Source of the DNA: Gemmatimonadales bacterium
GTDB taxonomy: Bacteria; Gemmatimonadota; Gemmatimonadetes; Gemmatimonadales; GWC2-71-9
NCBI GenBank assembly: GCA_041577295.1
Contig: JBFGJG010000041.1
Location: 1 to 38,516 of the forward strand
Length of the DNA: 38,516 nucleotides
Direction: 5' to 3'
The notes below the pieces were generated by a model. That model was not told where the DNA came from. It ran no database searches and worked only from the letters and a program-made list of their open reading frames with translations. Below, in pieces: positions 8,984 to 18,426 of this stretch (positions are counted from its first letter, which is position 1; each line of letters opens with the position of its first letter). Made by a program: the position numbers and the translations under genes.

Positions 8984-11122
8984 TTACGACCCGCTTGCTC
9001 CTACTGCTTGCAACGCGCTCGCGCGGATCGGCAACCGGCGGATCCGCACGCCGGTGAGCACGAACAGGGCGTTGGTCACGGCGGGCGCAATGGGAGGTAC
9101 CGCCGGCTCACCCACGCCGCCCGGGTGCTCGGTGCTATCGACGATATGCACGTCTATCTCAGGCATCTCACCGATCTTGAGTAGCGGGTAGTCGTGGAAG
9201 TTGCTTTGCACCACACGTCCGCCCTCGAGCGTGATTTCACCGTACAGCGCAGCCGACAGACCGGTGACGATGCTGCCCACCACTTGTCCGTGCACCGCGT
9301 TGGGGTTGACGATTTGGCCGAAGTCCGCCGCGACGGTCACCCGGTGCACCTTGGGCCGTCCGTCTTCCAGCGACACCTCTGCCACCTCTGCCACGAGGCC
9401 ACCCTTATCCTCCACCAGGGCAACGCCCCGGGCATGTCCGGCCGGAAGGGGTGTACCCCATCCCGACCGCTCGGCGGCTACGTCGAGCACATGCCTGAGA
9501 CGCGGATGGTTGACCAACAACTGACGCCGGACGCCCACCGGATCCCGTCCCGCGGCGTGTGCCAGCTCATCGAGAAAGCTCTCGACAATGAACGTGTTCT
9601 GTGACGGGCCAACCGACCGCCAGTGTCCTGTAGGAACGGGCACCGGCGAGCGGCCGTAATCGACGAAGAGATTGGGAACAGCATATGCCATGTTGGCTGC
9701 ACCATCCACCGACGCACCATCTACCCCGGGGCCCCGCCGCGGGCCACGACCCACGATGGGTGGCGCCACGATCCGGAGCTTCCACGCCGAGACGTTGCCA
9801 TCCTCGTCGACACCACCTTCGAACCGGTTGTAGGCTGCCGGACGGTACCAGTCGTGCTGTATGTCCTCTTCGCGTGTCCACACGACCTGCACCGGTGCCC
9901 GCATTCTCATGGACGTTTCCACGGCATCTTGCACGAAGTCGGGCCGGCTACGCCTGCCAAGCCCACAACCGAGACGCGTGACGTGAACCGCGACACGCTC
10001 GATAGGAAACCCCGTGATCTGTGCAGCCGTACTCTGCACCCCCTGGGGATGTTGTGTGGGAGCCCAGACTTCGCAGTGGTCGGATCGGACATCGGCGGTG
10101 CAGTTCATCGGCTCCATGGTCGCGTGTGCCAAGTAGGGCACCTCGTACACTGCGCGGACGACCTTCACTGCTCGCTGCAACGCAGCCTCGACATCACCTT
10201 CTTCACGTGCCACCGCCCCCGGCGCTTGCGCGATCTCCGCAAAGCTGCGTGAAATATCCTCGCTGCTCATGGTGAACTCGCCCGGCTTCCACGTCACGTT
10301 CAGGGCCTTTGCGCCCTGGAATGCCGCCCAGGTGTTCTCCGCCACCACCGCCACACCCTGCGTCACGGCGAAGATGTCTTTGACGCCCGGAACCCGGTGT
10401 GCGGCCGTGGCGTCAAACCGCTCGAGCGAGCCCTCGAAAATCGGACAGTGCACTACTGTGGCGTACAACATGCCGGGCGTGCGCACATCCATTCCATAGA
10501 TCACACGCCCGGTCACGATGTCCGGAGTATCGAGCGATGGCATCGGCTTGCCGATGAGGCGAAACTCCGACGGGTCCTTGAGCCTTGGGTTCGCTGGCAC
10601 CGGCAAGGCCGCCGCGGCCTCGACTAAATCACCGTACCCGACTGACCGGCCCGACGGATCGTGGAATACTCGGCTGCCTTCGGTACGGCAGGCACTCGGT
10701 GCCACCTGCCACCGCGCCGCCGCGGCGGCCACCAACATTGCGCGGGCTGTCGCACCAGCCTGCCGCAACGTGGGCCACGCGTTGCCTCGCACGCTCCGGC
10801 TGCCTACAGTCATTTGCGACCCATACATCGACGGGTGCGCATCTGCTTGTACCACCCGCACCGCTTCCCAGTCGGCGTCGAGCTCATCGGCGATCACCAT
10901 GGGCAACGAGGTCCGTACCCCCTGCCCCATCTCGGCCTTCGCCACCATGATCGTGACGATTCCATCGGTCCCAATCCGCACGAAGGCGTTGGGCTCGAAC
11001 CGATCACTGGGTTCCTTCCACGGACGGTCGTCCGGTAGATGGAATGCGAGCGTGAGGCCGCCGACGCCGACGGCGCTTGCCTTGAGAAAGTCGCGACGAT
11101 CGAGCGTCTGAGGCTTGGTCAT
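8984..11122 (-). CDS. iorB: Xanthine dehydrogenase-family molybdopterin-binding subunit (isoquinoline 1-oxidoreductase beta-like), Tat signal
   Basis: RRDFLK twin-arginine leader; AEMGQG, HATMEPMN, WRSVG, GVGEP motifs; 712 aa. Confidence 0.9.
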   Translation of the reverse strand: MTKPQTLDRRDFLKASAVGVGGLTLAFHLPDDRPWKEPSDRFEPNAFVRIGTDGIVTIMVAKAEMGQGVRTSLPMVIADELDADWEAVRVVQADAHPSMYGSQMTVGSRSVRGNAWPTLRQAGATARAMLVAAAAARWQVAPSACRTEGSRVFHDPSGRSVGYGDLVEAAAALPVPANPRLKDPSEFRLIGKPMPSLDTPDIVTGRVIYGMDVRTPGMLYATVVHCPIFEGSLERFDATAAHRVPGVKDIFAVTQGVAVVAENTWAAFQGAKALNVTWKPGEFTMSSEDISRSFAEIAQAPGAVAREEGDVEAALQRAVKVVRAVYEVPYLAHATMEPMNCTADVRSDHCEVWAPTQHPQGVQSTAAQITGFPIERVAVHVTRLGCGLGRRSRPDFVQDAVETSMRMRAPVQVVWTREEDIQHDWYRPAAYNRFEGGVDEDGNVSAWKLRIVAPPIVGRGPRRGPGVDGASVDGAANMAYAVPNLFVDYGRSPVPVPTGHWRSVGPSQNTFIVESFLDELAHAAGRDPVGVRRQLLVNHPRLRHVLDVAAERSGWGTPLPAGHARGVALVEDKGGLVAEVAEVSLEDGRPKVHRVTVAADFGQIVNPNAVHGQVVGSIVTGLSAALYGEITLEGGRVVQSNFHDYPLLKIGEMPEIDVHIVDSTEHPGGVGEPAVPPIAPAVTNALFVLTGVRIRRLPIRASALQAVGASGS

Positions 11123-11125
11123 GGC

Positions 11126-11584
11126 TCACGCCTCCTTGGCGGCGCGGTGAATGGCGCGGCGAATGCGATCGTAGGTGCCACAGCGACAGATACTGCCCTC
11201 CAGTGCCGTATCGATCTCGTCATCCGTCGGCGTGGCCGTTCGCGCCAAGAGTGCTGCTGCGGTCATGATCTGACCCGACTGGCAGTAGCCGCACTGCGGG
11301 ACGTCCTCCGCGATCCACGCTCGTTGCACGGGATGGGTGCCATCGGACGAGAGCCCTTCGATCGTGGTGACCTCACGGTCGCCTACTGCCGAGATCGGCG
11401 TCACACACGAACGAATGACTGTGCCGTCCAGCTGCACGGTACAGGCACCGCATTGTGCGATGCCGCAGCCATACTTGGTGCCCGTCAAGCCGACGACATC
11501 GCGGAGCACCCAGAGCAGTGGCATGTCCGGCGGCACGTCGACCTCATGCGATTGTCCATTGATTGAGAGCGTGAATCCAGCCAT
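11126..11584 (-). CDS. iorA: (2Fe-2S)-binding subunit (isoquinoline 1-oxidoreductase alpha-like)
   Basis: [31 protein letters not shown]; 3 bp from the beta subunit. Confidence 0.93.
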   Translation of the reverse strand: MAGFTLSINGQSHEVDVPPDMPLLWVLRDVVGLTGTKYGCGIAQCGACTVQLDGTVIRSCVTPISAVGDREVTTIEGLSSDGTHPVQRAWIAEDVPQCGYCQSGQIMTAAALLARTATPTDDEIDTALEGSICRCGTYDRIRRAIHRAAKEA

Positions 11585-11671
11585 GGCTCGGTCCAGTTGG
11601 AGGGGTGAACTGTCGTAGCCGACGGAACTCTCAATATATGCCGAACCGAGGGCCCCGGCACCCGGGCGTCC

Positions 11672-12124
11672 TCAGGCGCTCGTCAGGGCCACTAGGCGCC
11701 GATCGACCGACGCCGGTCCCGACCCTTTGACGATCACATAGAACGCAATCGCGAGCGCCAGCAGATGGAACTCAAAGCCCTCGCCCGGCTGATTACCAAG
11801 CCAGTTCATGAAGAACCCAACCGCGAGGTGCACTTTGAGCACCGCAACCGCCATGATCGCCGCGATTCCCAGTGCCATCACGCGGCTCAGGAACCCCGCC
11901 AAGAGGGCAACAGCTCCAACCGATTCAAACAAAATGACCAGGATCGCCAGCGGGGCGGGAATCCCCAACACCGCGCTGAAGTAATCCACTGTTCCGCTGA
12001 ACCCCGCTCCACCAAACCACCCCAGGAGCTTTTGGGCTCCGTGGGGCAACATCACGGCCCCCAACGTCAGCCGCAGGACCACCGCCGTAGGATCTCCGTT
12101 GGTTTGCAAGAGGCGCTTCCACAT
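11672..12124 (-). CDS. DoxX family membrane protein
   Basis: LRLTLG..PHGAQKLLGWFGG..GFEFHLL..GSGPASVD; ATG 12124 after GGAGGA. Confidence 0.9.
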   Translation of the reverse strand: MWKRLLQTNGDPTAVVLRLTLGAVMLPHGAQKLLGWFGGAGFSGTVDYFSAVLGIPAPLAILVILFESVGAVALLAGFLSRVMALGIAAIMAVAVLKVHLAVGFFMNWLGNQPGEGFEFHLLALAIAFYVIVKGSGPASVDRRLVALTSA

Positions 12125-12148
12125 AATTCCTCCAAGTTGACGGCAAGT

Positions 12149-12172
12149 CAATGATTGACTAGTAAACTATTG
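12149..12172. promoter_or_regulatory. Putative MarR operator upstream of doxX
   Basis: CAATGATTGACTAGTAAACTATTG, imperfect palindrome (18/24 self-complementary), similar to 12686-12709. Confidence 0.6.
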
Positions 12173-12194
12173 TCCCTCGAAAAAGGTTCCACGC

Positions 12195-12671
12195 TCATCC
12201 CAGCCCACGCCTCACGACTTCTAGCAGGCGGATCAACCGCTGCTGATCGTTCTTGCCAAGCGGAGCCAGCGCCGCGTCATCAGCGCGGTCCATTGCCGGA
12301 TCGATCCTAGTCAGCAGCGCCCCCCCCTTCCGCGTGAGGTGACATATCACTTGCCGACGATCACCGCGCGAGCGTGTCCGCCGTACCCATCCCTTGGCCT
12401 CGAGCCGGTCCATCATGCGGGTGATTCCAGGCGCTTGCTCGATCAACCGGTTACTGACGTCGAGTGTGGGGAGCCCCTGCCGCGCCCCGCGCAGGATCCG
12501 TAGCACGTTGTACTGAGGAAACGTGATGCCAAACGGCTCGAGCACCTCCGTGAAATAGCGGCGCAGGACATCGGCTGTTCGCATCAGCGCTACTGCCCCT
12601 TCCTGGCTCGGAGATCGGAAGGGCTTTCCCTGCCGGATTTCCCGCTGCACTGCACTGCGGGTGCGTGTCAT
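12195..12671 (-). CDS. MarR family transcriptional regulator
   Basis: GITFPQYNVLRIL, PGITRMMDRLEAKGWV.R, DRRQV...LT..G winged-helix signature. Confidence 0.93.
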   Translation of the reverse strand: MTRTRSAVQREIRQGKPFRSPSQEGAVALMRTADVLRRYFTEVLEPFGITFPQYNVLRILRGARQGLPTLDVSNRLIEQAPGITRMMDRLEAKGWVRRTRSRGDRRQVICHLTRKGGALLTRIDPAMDRADDAALAPLGKNDQQRLIRLLEVVRRGLG

Positions 12672-12685
12672 GAACCCTCACAGCC

Positions 12686-12709
12686 AAATAGTTGATACGC
12701 AAACTATTG
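12686..12709. promoter_or_regulatory. Putative MarR autoregulatory operator
   Basis: AATAGTT-gatacgca-AACTATT inverted repeat about 15 bp upstream of the marR ATG. Confidence 0.65.
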
Positions 12710-12714
12710 CAAAG

Positions 12715-14301
12715 TCATTGAGATGCACCTTGGGTGACCGATGCCGCCGCCTGTCGCCACTCGTCTTCCGAAACCGGGTTGCCGTGCATCGTGACGATGG
12801 TTTGTGGCGCGAGGCCTACGCCACTCAACCATCGGAGAAAAAATGTGAGTGGTGGGTTGTCACCGGCGCGCAACGTCGGTGGAGGAGCACCATTCATCAG
12901 GTCGCTGACGAACATGACACGCTCAGATGGCAGGAATGCGACCAGCATGTCCGCGGTGTGCGGGTTGGATCCTGTGGCGTGCACTTCCAGCGTGCGACTC
13001 CCATCCGTGATCACGCGCCGATCGCGAACCACCTCCACCGTCGTCGCCACCGAGCGCTGGCTCAACAGGTCAGGTGAAGCCGTGTGCGGTGCGTTGAGAT
13101 ACCTGCGCACCACGTCTGCGTCGGCCGCCGCCGTCAGCACCGTCGCACCCTCAGCCGCAAAGGCGCGAACGCCGCCACCATGATCGTTGTGAAAGTGGGT
13201 CACAACCACAAATCGGATTGGCTTGTCCGGGACCGCCTCGCGCATGAGCTCGATATAGCGCCGACTCAGCCAATCTGGTGACGGACCCGGTGCTACATCG
13301 CCCGCGGGCAGCTCGATCATAATTGGGTATCCCGCGGGTGCATCGAGTGCGACGAGGAAATCGGCGAATTCGACAAACATTGGATGGAACCCCGTCCGGA
13401 GGTTGCGCACGACGAAGACGCCGGGCTGCACGGTGTCTACCCTAGCTCGAACAGTGGCGTCGCCTCCGGTTGGCGGGACGTCGATCACACGATCGTGCCC
13501 CGCGGGAGGCTGCGCGAAGTCGTGCGCCGTCGCTGAGTCCACCAAGATCGAGTCGACGCGCATGGCGGTGAATGGCGCGTCAGCAATGTGGCTGCCGTAC
13601 GCGTACGGTACGAGCCCAACGCCGGGTACCTCACGATAATCGCAGAAACTCCAACCCACTGTCGCGTCACCGAGGCCGGGTAGCGTTGCCCTGTACGATA
13701 CAGAAACGAGCACCGTATCGACCGGATCGAAGGTCAGCGTCAGCGGCGGTCCGCTTGACAGTCTAAAAGTGACTGCGGGACCAACCCCACCGACATCCGC
13801 TCCCACGACGCGCTCTGGGACAGTGAGAGCCTCGGCAACGAGCACATGTGGCATGCGCCGGCGAAGCCGCGTGTGTCCCGAAATCTCCGGCCCGTCGGTC
13901 AGCCGTACCGAGAAGCCTTCCTCGAGCACATGGATCGTCTTGCTGCCTCCGTCATACACCTCACGCACGCGGTCATGCGTGCCGTCGATCCGATGATGCT
14001 CATATTCATGCCCAAAGCGTTCGTCGGGTAGGGACACCAGCACTTCACGAAACCGGCTTGTGTCCACGCTGCCCGCGCGGCTGCCCTGGAGCTCAGCGCT
14101 CTGGTTCAACGTGCCGCTGGCAAACGTCATCCATCCAGGCGCAGGTCCCATCTCGCCCGCCGACTGGGAAAGACGTGCAGATGCGGCTTCGAGCAGGGCA
14201 ATAGGGTCGTCGACATGGTGAACTTCGCCGCACCCTAGGAGTAGGCAACACGTCGCCGCACCGAGCGCCCGTCGGAAGAGAGCGTGACTAAGCATGGACA
14301 T
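12715..14301 (-). CDS. MBL-fold metallo-hydrolase, predicted lipoprotein with an extra N-terminal domain
   Basis: THFHNDH motif, NPHT, FVSD, TMHG; lipobox-like LLLGC. Start uncertain (14301 or 14295). Confidence 0.8.
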   Translation of the reverse strand: MSMLSHALFRRALGAATCCLLLGCGEVHHVDDPIALLEAASARLSQSAGEMGPAPGWMTFASGTLNQSAELQGSRAGSVDTSRFREVLVSLPDERFGHEYEHHRIDGTHDRVREVYDGGSKTIHVLEEGFSVRLTDGPEISGHTRLRRRMPHVLVAEALTVPERVVGADVGGVGPAVTFRLSSGPPLTLTFDPVDTVLVSVSYRATLPGLGDATVGWSFCDYREVPGVGLVPYAYGSHIADAPFTAMRVDSILVDSATAHDFAQPPAGHDRVIDVPPTGGDATVRARVDTVQPGVFVVRNLRTGFHPMFVEFADFLVALDAPAGYPIMIELPAGDVAPGPSPDWLSRRYIELMREAVPDKPIRFVVVTHFHNDHGGGVRAFAAEGATVLTAAADADVVRRYLNAPHTASPDLLSQRSVATTVEVVRDRRVITDGSRTLEVHATGSNPHTADMLVAFLPSERVMFVSDLMNGAPPPTLRAGDNPPLTFFLRWLSGVGLAPQTIVTMHGNPVSEDEWRQAAASVTQGASQ

Positions 14302-14448
14302 CGGTACCAATGAGCGGGGGTCAGGTTCCAGAGAAGATAGAAGGACGCAAGGAAGGACCGGCGGACGGCTAGGCCCTACCGCCTTGCAAAATCTCAACGC
14401 ACATTCGGATACCATCTACATCGCTCCTCCGATTGAAAGGGGACTCCG

Positions 14449-14733
14449 ATGTCGTTCGTGTTAGTGCGGCACAAGGTGCGTGATTTCGCCAAGTGGAAGC
14501 CAGTGTTTGACGAGCATGGAAAGGCTCGCAAGGCGGCGGGTTCGAAGGGAGGCCATCTGTTCCGAAGTGCTGACGATCCCTCGGAGGTCATTGTCTTGCT
14601 GCAGTGGGATAGTCACGACAAAGCCCGCCAGTTCACGCAGTCACAGGACTTGAAGCAGGCGATGGAGCGAGCCGGGGTGGCGGACATGTCCGACATCTAC
14701 TTCTTGGACCAGGTAGACAGACCGGGCGCCTGA
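14449..14733 (+). CDS. Small dimeric alpha-beta barrel protein (ABM/cyclase-like)
   Basis: VRHKVRDFAKWKPVFD...FRSADDPSEV...AMERAGV pattern; AAAGGGGA SD. Confidence 0.75.
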   Translation: MSFVLVRHKVRDFAKWKPVFDEHGKARKAAGSKGGHLFRSADDPSEVIVLLQWDSHDKARQFTQSQDLKQAMERAGVADMSDIYFLDQVDRPGA

Positions 14734-14787
14734 GCGGTCCCCCCAGCTTCCGATTACAAGCCGCGCTCGGTGAAGGCGGCTCGACTA

Positions 14788-15807
14788 CTACGGCGAGGTA
14801 GCTGTGCTTCCGGACGACGCGGCGGTGACACGCTCCCGCAGTTGAGTCAGCCTGCTCTCGAGCTCCGCGTCGAGCCCTAGTTCGACAATCGCCCGTTTGA
14901 CCCCGCCAAGCGGACCGTCAAACAACGATCGGTCGAGGAACGTGACGCGAATCCGCGGGTTGGCGCCCCGCTGCACCTCGGTAACCCGAATCACCTTGAG
15001 CGCGGCCAGCAGATAGTGACTCGCGTAGAGCTGCTTGAATGCGATCCATACTTCGGGCCTATCGGCCGACGGCGGAAGCACCAGCAGTTCGGAAACCTGA
15101 GTCATTGGCCGGAGTGGGGTACCTTCCACGGCCCAATACAGTGAAGATTGCACATGTGGAGACGCGAGCGATGGCGCCGAGCGGCTGAGCGATTTGGAGA
15201 GCTCCGCGGGAATCGGCATGAACTCATCGGCGCTCTCGAGCAAATAGCGCATGCCCTCGAGCGGGTGCGCCGGCTCCTCCTGATCGACATAGACCACCAA
15301 GGCACTGTCTCCAAAGGTCAGATACGTGTGCACGTAGTTGGCAAGCCACGTGCGCATCACGGCATCCACTTCTTTCGAGAACGTAGAGCTGTTCCCATCG
15401 AGGCCCTGCATCTGGTCGATCAGCTCAGTCGACAGCTTCACCTTGCAGTCGGCCACTTCACATCTCCGCAACGGGCTCAGATCACGGTGCGGCAGCGAGA
15501 GCGGAGTGAGATCGTCCCGCAGGTGCTCGGGCCGTAACCGGCCGTACGAGCGCGTCGTGCCCCGGATGGCGATGGAGTCGACGTTCCGCACGAAGTCGAC
15601 GAATTGTTCGAGGGATGTTGCGATCTCGACCACGCCCAGGATGGAAACGTCCCTCGGGTCCGTGGTTTCGACAACGTCCGTCGCCGCGGCGCCCAGCGTG
15701 GCACCAGCGAGGAGTCGCTCGGGTGCGGTTGCCGCCACGCCCTGTGCAAGCGATGAGTCGAGGAGAACGGCCGGAAACGTCGTGACGAGCAGGATCGTGC
15801 GAACCAT
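14788..15807 (-). CDS. Secreted hypothetical protein
   Basis: 339-aa ORF, signal peptide (SLA/QG), GGGAG SD, motifs CEVADCKVKL and KQLYASHY. Confidence 0.7.
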   Translation of the reverse strand: MVRTILLVTTFPAVLLDSSLAQGVAATAPERLLAGATLGAAATDVVETTDPRDVSILGVVEIATSLEQFVDFVRNVDSIAIRGTTRSYGRLRPEHLRDDLTPLSLPHRDLSPLRRCEVADCKVKLSTELIDQMQGLDGNSSTFSKEVDAVMRTWLANYVHTYLTFGDSALVVYVDQEEPAHPLEGMRYLLESADEFMPIPAELSKSLSRSAPSLASPHVQSSLYWAVEGTPLRPMTQVSELLVLPPSADRPEVWIAFKQLYASHYLLAALKVIRVTEVQRGANPRIRVTFLDRSLFDGPLGGVKRAIVELGLDAELESRLTQLRERVTAASSGSTATSP

Positions 15808-16018
15808 GAACTCCCCGGGCTCAGGAGACCTGATTTGCCAACTGCGTCGAGGTGGTGTTCAAAGTAGCAAACGGTTCTCAGATTGTGCAACAGATCGGGG
15901 TGACATTCCGGCATTTGGTACTGTCCTACATCTTATTAGGCACCCCGTCTATTATCGCGACCAGATACCTCAACGCGGCGGCTTGTCACCCCCCGCATTC
16001 ACTTTTAGGAGGTCGCAC

Positions 16019-16498
16019 ATGAGCCGTCTATCGATCCTCTCCGTCGTCCCCGCCATCATTGCGTTGACCTGCATCGCGAAGCCCGTGCACGCCCAGAGCT
16101 GGTCGGCCGAGCAGCTCGAGGTGTGGACCTTCATCCAGTCGCAGTGGGACGCGACCATGAAAAAGGACATGACGTGGCCGGATCGCATGTTGCACGACCG
16201 GTTCCTCGGCTGGGATAACGACGTTCCCGCACCGCGGAACAAGGCGTCGACCCAAAAGTGGAGCCGCTACGACATGGAGAACTCCACGACGCTCGTGCAG
16301 GAGTTGTCCCCACTTGGCATCGTGGTTGTGGGCAACACCGCTGTAGCCCACTACGCTTACTCCGTTGCAGCCGAAGATCGTGAGGGCGAGCGGAGCACCA
16401 CACATGGACGGTACACAGATATCCTTCTGAAAGATGGAAACACCTGGCGGTTCATCGCCTGGCACGGGGGTGCTACCAGCGACGAGGACGACGACTGA
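16019..16498 (+). CDS. Secreted NTF2-like (DUF4440/SnoaL-like) protein
   Basis: ATG 16019 after AGGAGG; signal peptide (VHA/QS); GNTAVAHY...GRYTDILLK...WRFIAWHG. Confidence 0.8.
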   Translation: MSRLSILSVVPAIIALTCIAKPVHAQSWSAEQLEVWTFIQSQWDATMKKDMTWPDRMLHDRFLGWDNDVPAPRNKASTQKWSRYDMENSTTLVQELSPLGIVVVGNTAVAHYAYSVAAEDREGERSTTHGRYTDILLKDGNTWRFIAWHGGATSDEDDD

Positions 16499-16599
16499 GC
16501 GGCGACATCGCCAGAAACGCCAGCCGTACTTACGAAAACCGAGGGCAGTTCGGGCGCACAGAGTGAAACAGAACGGCGCCCGGGGGTTACGACATAATC

Positions 16600-17430
16600 A
16601 TGGCGCGATTTCAACTGCCCGCGGTCCCGGTGAGCATGGGCGCCCAGAAAGCGCTGGAGCAGAGCTACGGGCCGTTCCGCTTTACCGTCGCGACTTTTCC
16701 CGCCGGTCACGTCCTCGAGCGCCACACGCACGATCGGGTCACCTTTGCCGTCATGCTGGACGGCAGCTTCGACCTGCTCATCGACGGGAAGGAGCTGCAA
16801 TGCCCGGGTGGCACCGTGTTCACCGAGCCCGCTGGCGAGTGCCACGCCAACGAGATTGGCTCTGCGGGTGCACGCGTCATGGTGACGCAGCCGGACCCGC
16901 AAGCGGACTTCCCTGTACCGTGCGGGCGCCTACTGAATCAGGTCAACCATTTCGAAAGCGATGCGATTCGTCGCATGGCGTGGCTTCTCGCCCGAGAGCT
17001 CCAGGAGCCGGACGAGATCACGCCGCTCGAGAGTCAGGCACTCGCGTTCGAGATGCTCGCGACTGTCGCCCGGCTCGAGCGGGCACGGTCACAACACGAT
17101 GCATTACCGGCGTGGCTACGCCGTGTAGAGCAATTGATGCAGGACCGGTTCCGCGAGCCGGTCACCATCGAACAGCTAGCGGCAGAGGCCGGGGTCCATC
17201 CCGCACACCTCACCAGGGTGTTTCGCAGTCGGTTCGGGACGTCCCCCGGCCGGTATCTGCGGCGTCTGCGACTCGAGTGGGCAGCTGGACAGCTCACCTC
17301 GGGGACGGAGCCGGTGAGCCGCGTAGCACTGGAAGCCGGGTTTGCCGATCAGGCGCACTTCACCCGGGCATTCCGCCGTCAGTGGGGTATCCCACCCGGC
17401 CAATACCGCAGCTTGCGCACCGGCTCCTAG
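16600..17430 (+). CDS. AraC family transcriptional regulator (cupin + double HTH)
   Basis: HTHD..EP...HAN cupin; GVHPAHLTRVFR; AGFADQAHFTRAFRR..G.PPGQYR. Confidence 0.93.
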   Translation: MARFQLPAVPVSMGAQKALEQSYGPFRFTVATFPAGHVLERHTHDRVTFAVMLDGSFDLLIDGKELQCPGGTVFTEPAGECHANEIGSAGARVMVTQPDPQADFPVPCGRLLNQVNHFESDAIRRMAWLLARELQEPDEITPLESQALAFEMLATVARLERARSQHDALPAWLRRVEQLMQDRFREPVTIEQLAAEAGVHPAHLTRVFRSRFGTSPGRYLRRLRLEWAAGQLTSGTEPVSRVALEAGFADQAHFTRAFRRQWGIPPGQYRSLRTGS

Positions 17431-18014
17431 CGAATCTCGATACCGCCTTTGATGACGGGACCCGTGCGAGCGTCGGGCTGGTCATCTGGCGGTCCTGGCC
17501 AGATCTGCTTTTCGCAGTACTCGGCGGACGTAATGATCCCAGCTGCCCCCTCGAAGCCGGCGAAGGTCGTCCGGTCCGGCTGCGTTTCCCCATCGCCGTA
17601 ATCGACGGTGCGGAACCAGATATCCTTTCCTTTCTGATGGATCTCCGTCGTGAATGCGGGGTGCTCGCTGTTGTTCCGCGTGACGACTCCACCGATCCAG
17701 GCACGGTTGTTCACGGGATCGACCGCGAGGCAGTTGGCGCTGCCGAGAAACTCGATCTTGAGATCACCGAGCTTGGTCGAGAAACGCATGTGTCCCCGCG
17801 CAGCGTAGTCGGGACCGGTCTGCACGACCCAAAAGTCGAAACGGACGTCCACACCGGCATCGAAGACGCCGTGGCCACGGGCGGATCCGGTGGGAACGCC
17901 ATTGTGGCTGAACGCGGGACCCACGTCGGGGCTGGTGATCTCGGGGGTCGTATCGCTACACGCGACGAGCAACACGGTGGCGACGAGGGCGGCGGACGAT
18001 GTACGGAGGTGCAT
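17427..18014 (-). CDS. Hypothetical lipoprotein
   Basis: ATG 18014 after AAAGGAGAGG; lipobox LVAC; stop overlaps the araC stop (shared CTAG). Confidence 0.7.
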   Translation of the reverse strand: MHLRTSSAALVATVLLVACSDTTPEITSPDVGPAFSHNGVPTGSARGHGVFDAGVDVRFDFWVVQTGPDYAARGHMRFSTKLGDLKIEFLGSANCLAVDPVNNRAWIGGVVTRNNSEHPAFTTEIHQKGKDIWFRTVDYGDGETQPDRTTFAGFEGAAGIITSAEYCEKQIWPGPPDDQPDARTGPVIKGGIEIR

Positions 18015-18194
18015 GGCCTCTCCTTTTGGCGGGTCCCCACCATGACCGAGCCAGCCGGGGGGACCCGTCGGCCACCGCCGGCCCGCGCCGCCGCGTGAGG
18101 CGGACGGCAAGTCGGACCGTACGGTGGCGGACCGGACCTCGTCTTGAAGAAGCCTAGCGTGCCTTGTCCAAACGTGACGTGTTGCGCAAAGACC

Positions 18195-18426
18195 TCAACT
18201 TTGCGTGGAGTCGTTCACCACGACAACCAGAAACCCATGCGGCCCCTCGTACGCGACGAACGGTAGCCACGGTCGCTCACAACGGGTGGGCTTGCGGTTG
18301 CGAGGATGATCCCGACTGATCACGCACGCAAACCCGTTGGTGCCTTGGCGTGCGAGCGTGAAGCCCGAAGATTCGAGCACGTAGACCGTCGCACCCGCTC
18401 GCAGCGTGGCGCTCTCCGGGTTTCTG
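18195..18426 (-). pseudogene. Remnant of a conserved hypothetical gene (N-terminally truncated, probable internal deletion)
   Basis: Reads ..ATLRAGATVYVLESSGFTLARQGTNGFACVISRDHPRNRKPT / WLPFVAYEGPHGFLVVVV*, directly after the RND stop, with no signal peptide or SD. Confidence 0.45.

Noticed and set aside
12715..14301. Beta-lactamase resistance gene
   Set aside because: HxHxDH marks the whole MBL superfamily; the size and extra domain do not match class B beta-lactamases.
15338..16018. N-terminal extension of the NTF2-like ORF (386 aa)
   Set aside because: Antisense to 14788-15807; the real start at 16019 has AGGAGG and a signal peptide.
16434..18098. 554-aa plus-strand ORF
   Set aside because: Arg/Pro-rich shadow frame over araC and antisense to the lipoprotein gene; no recognisable domain.
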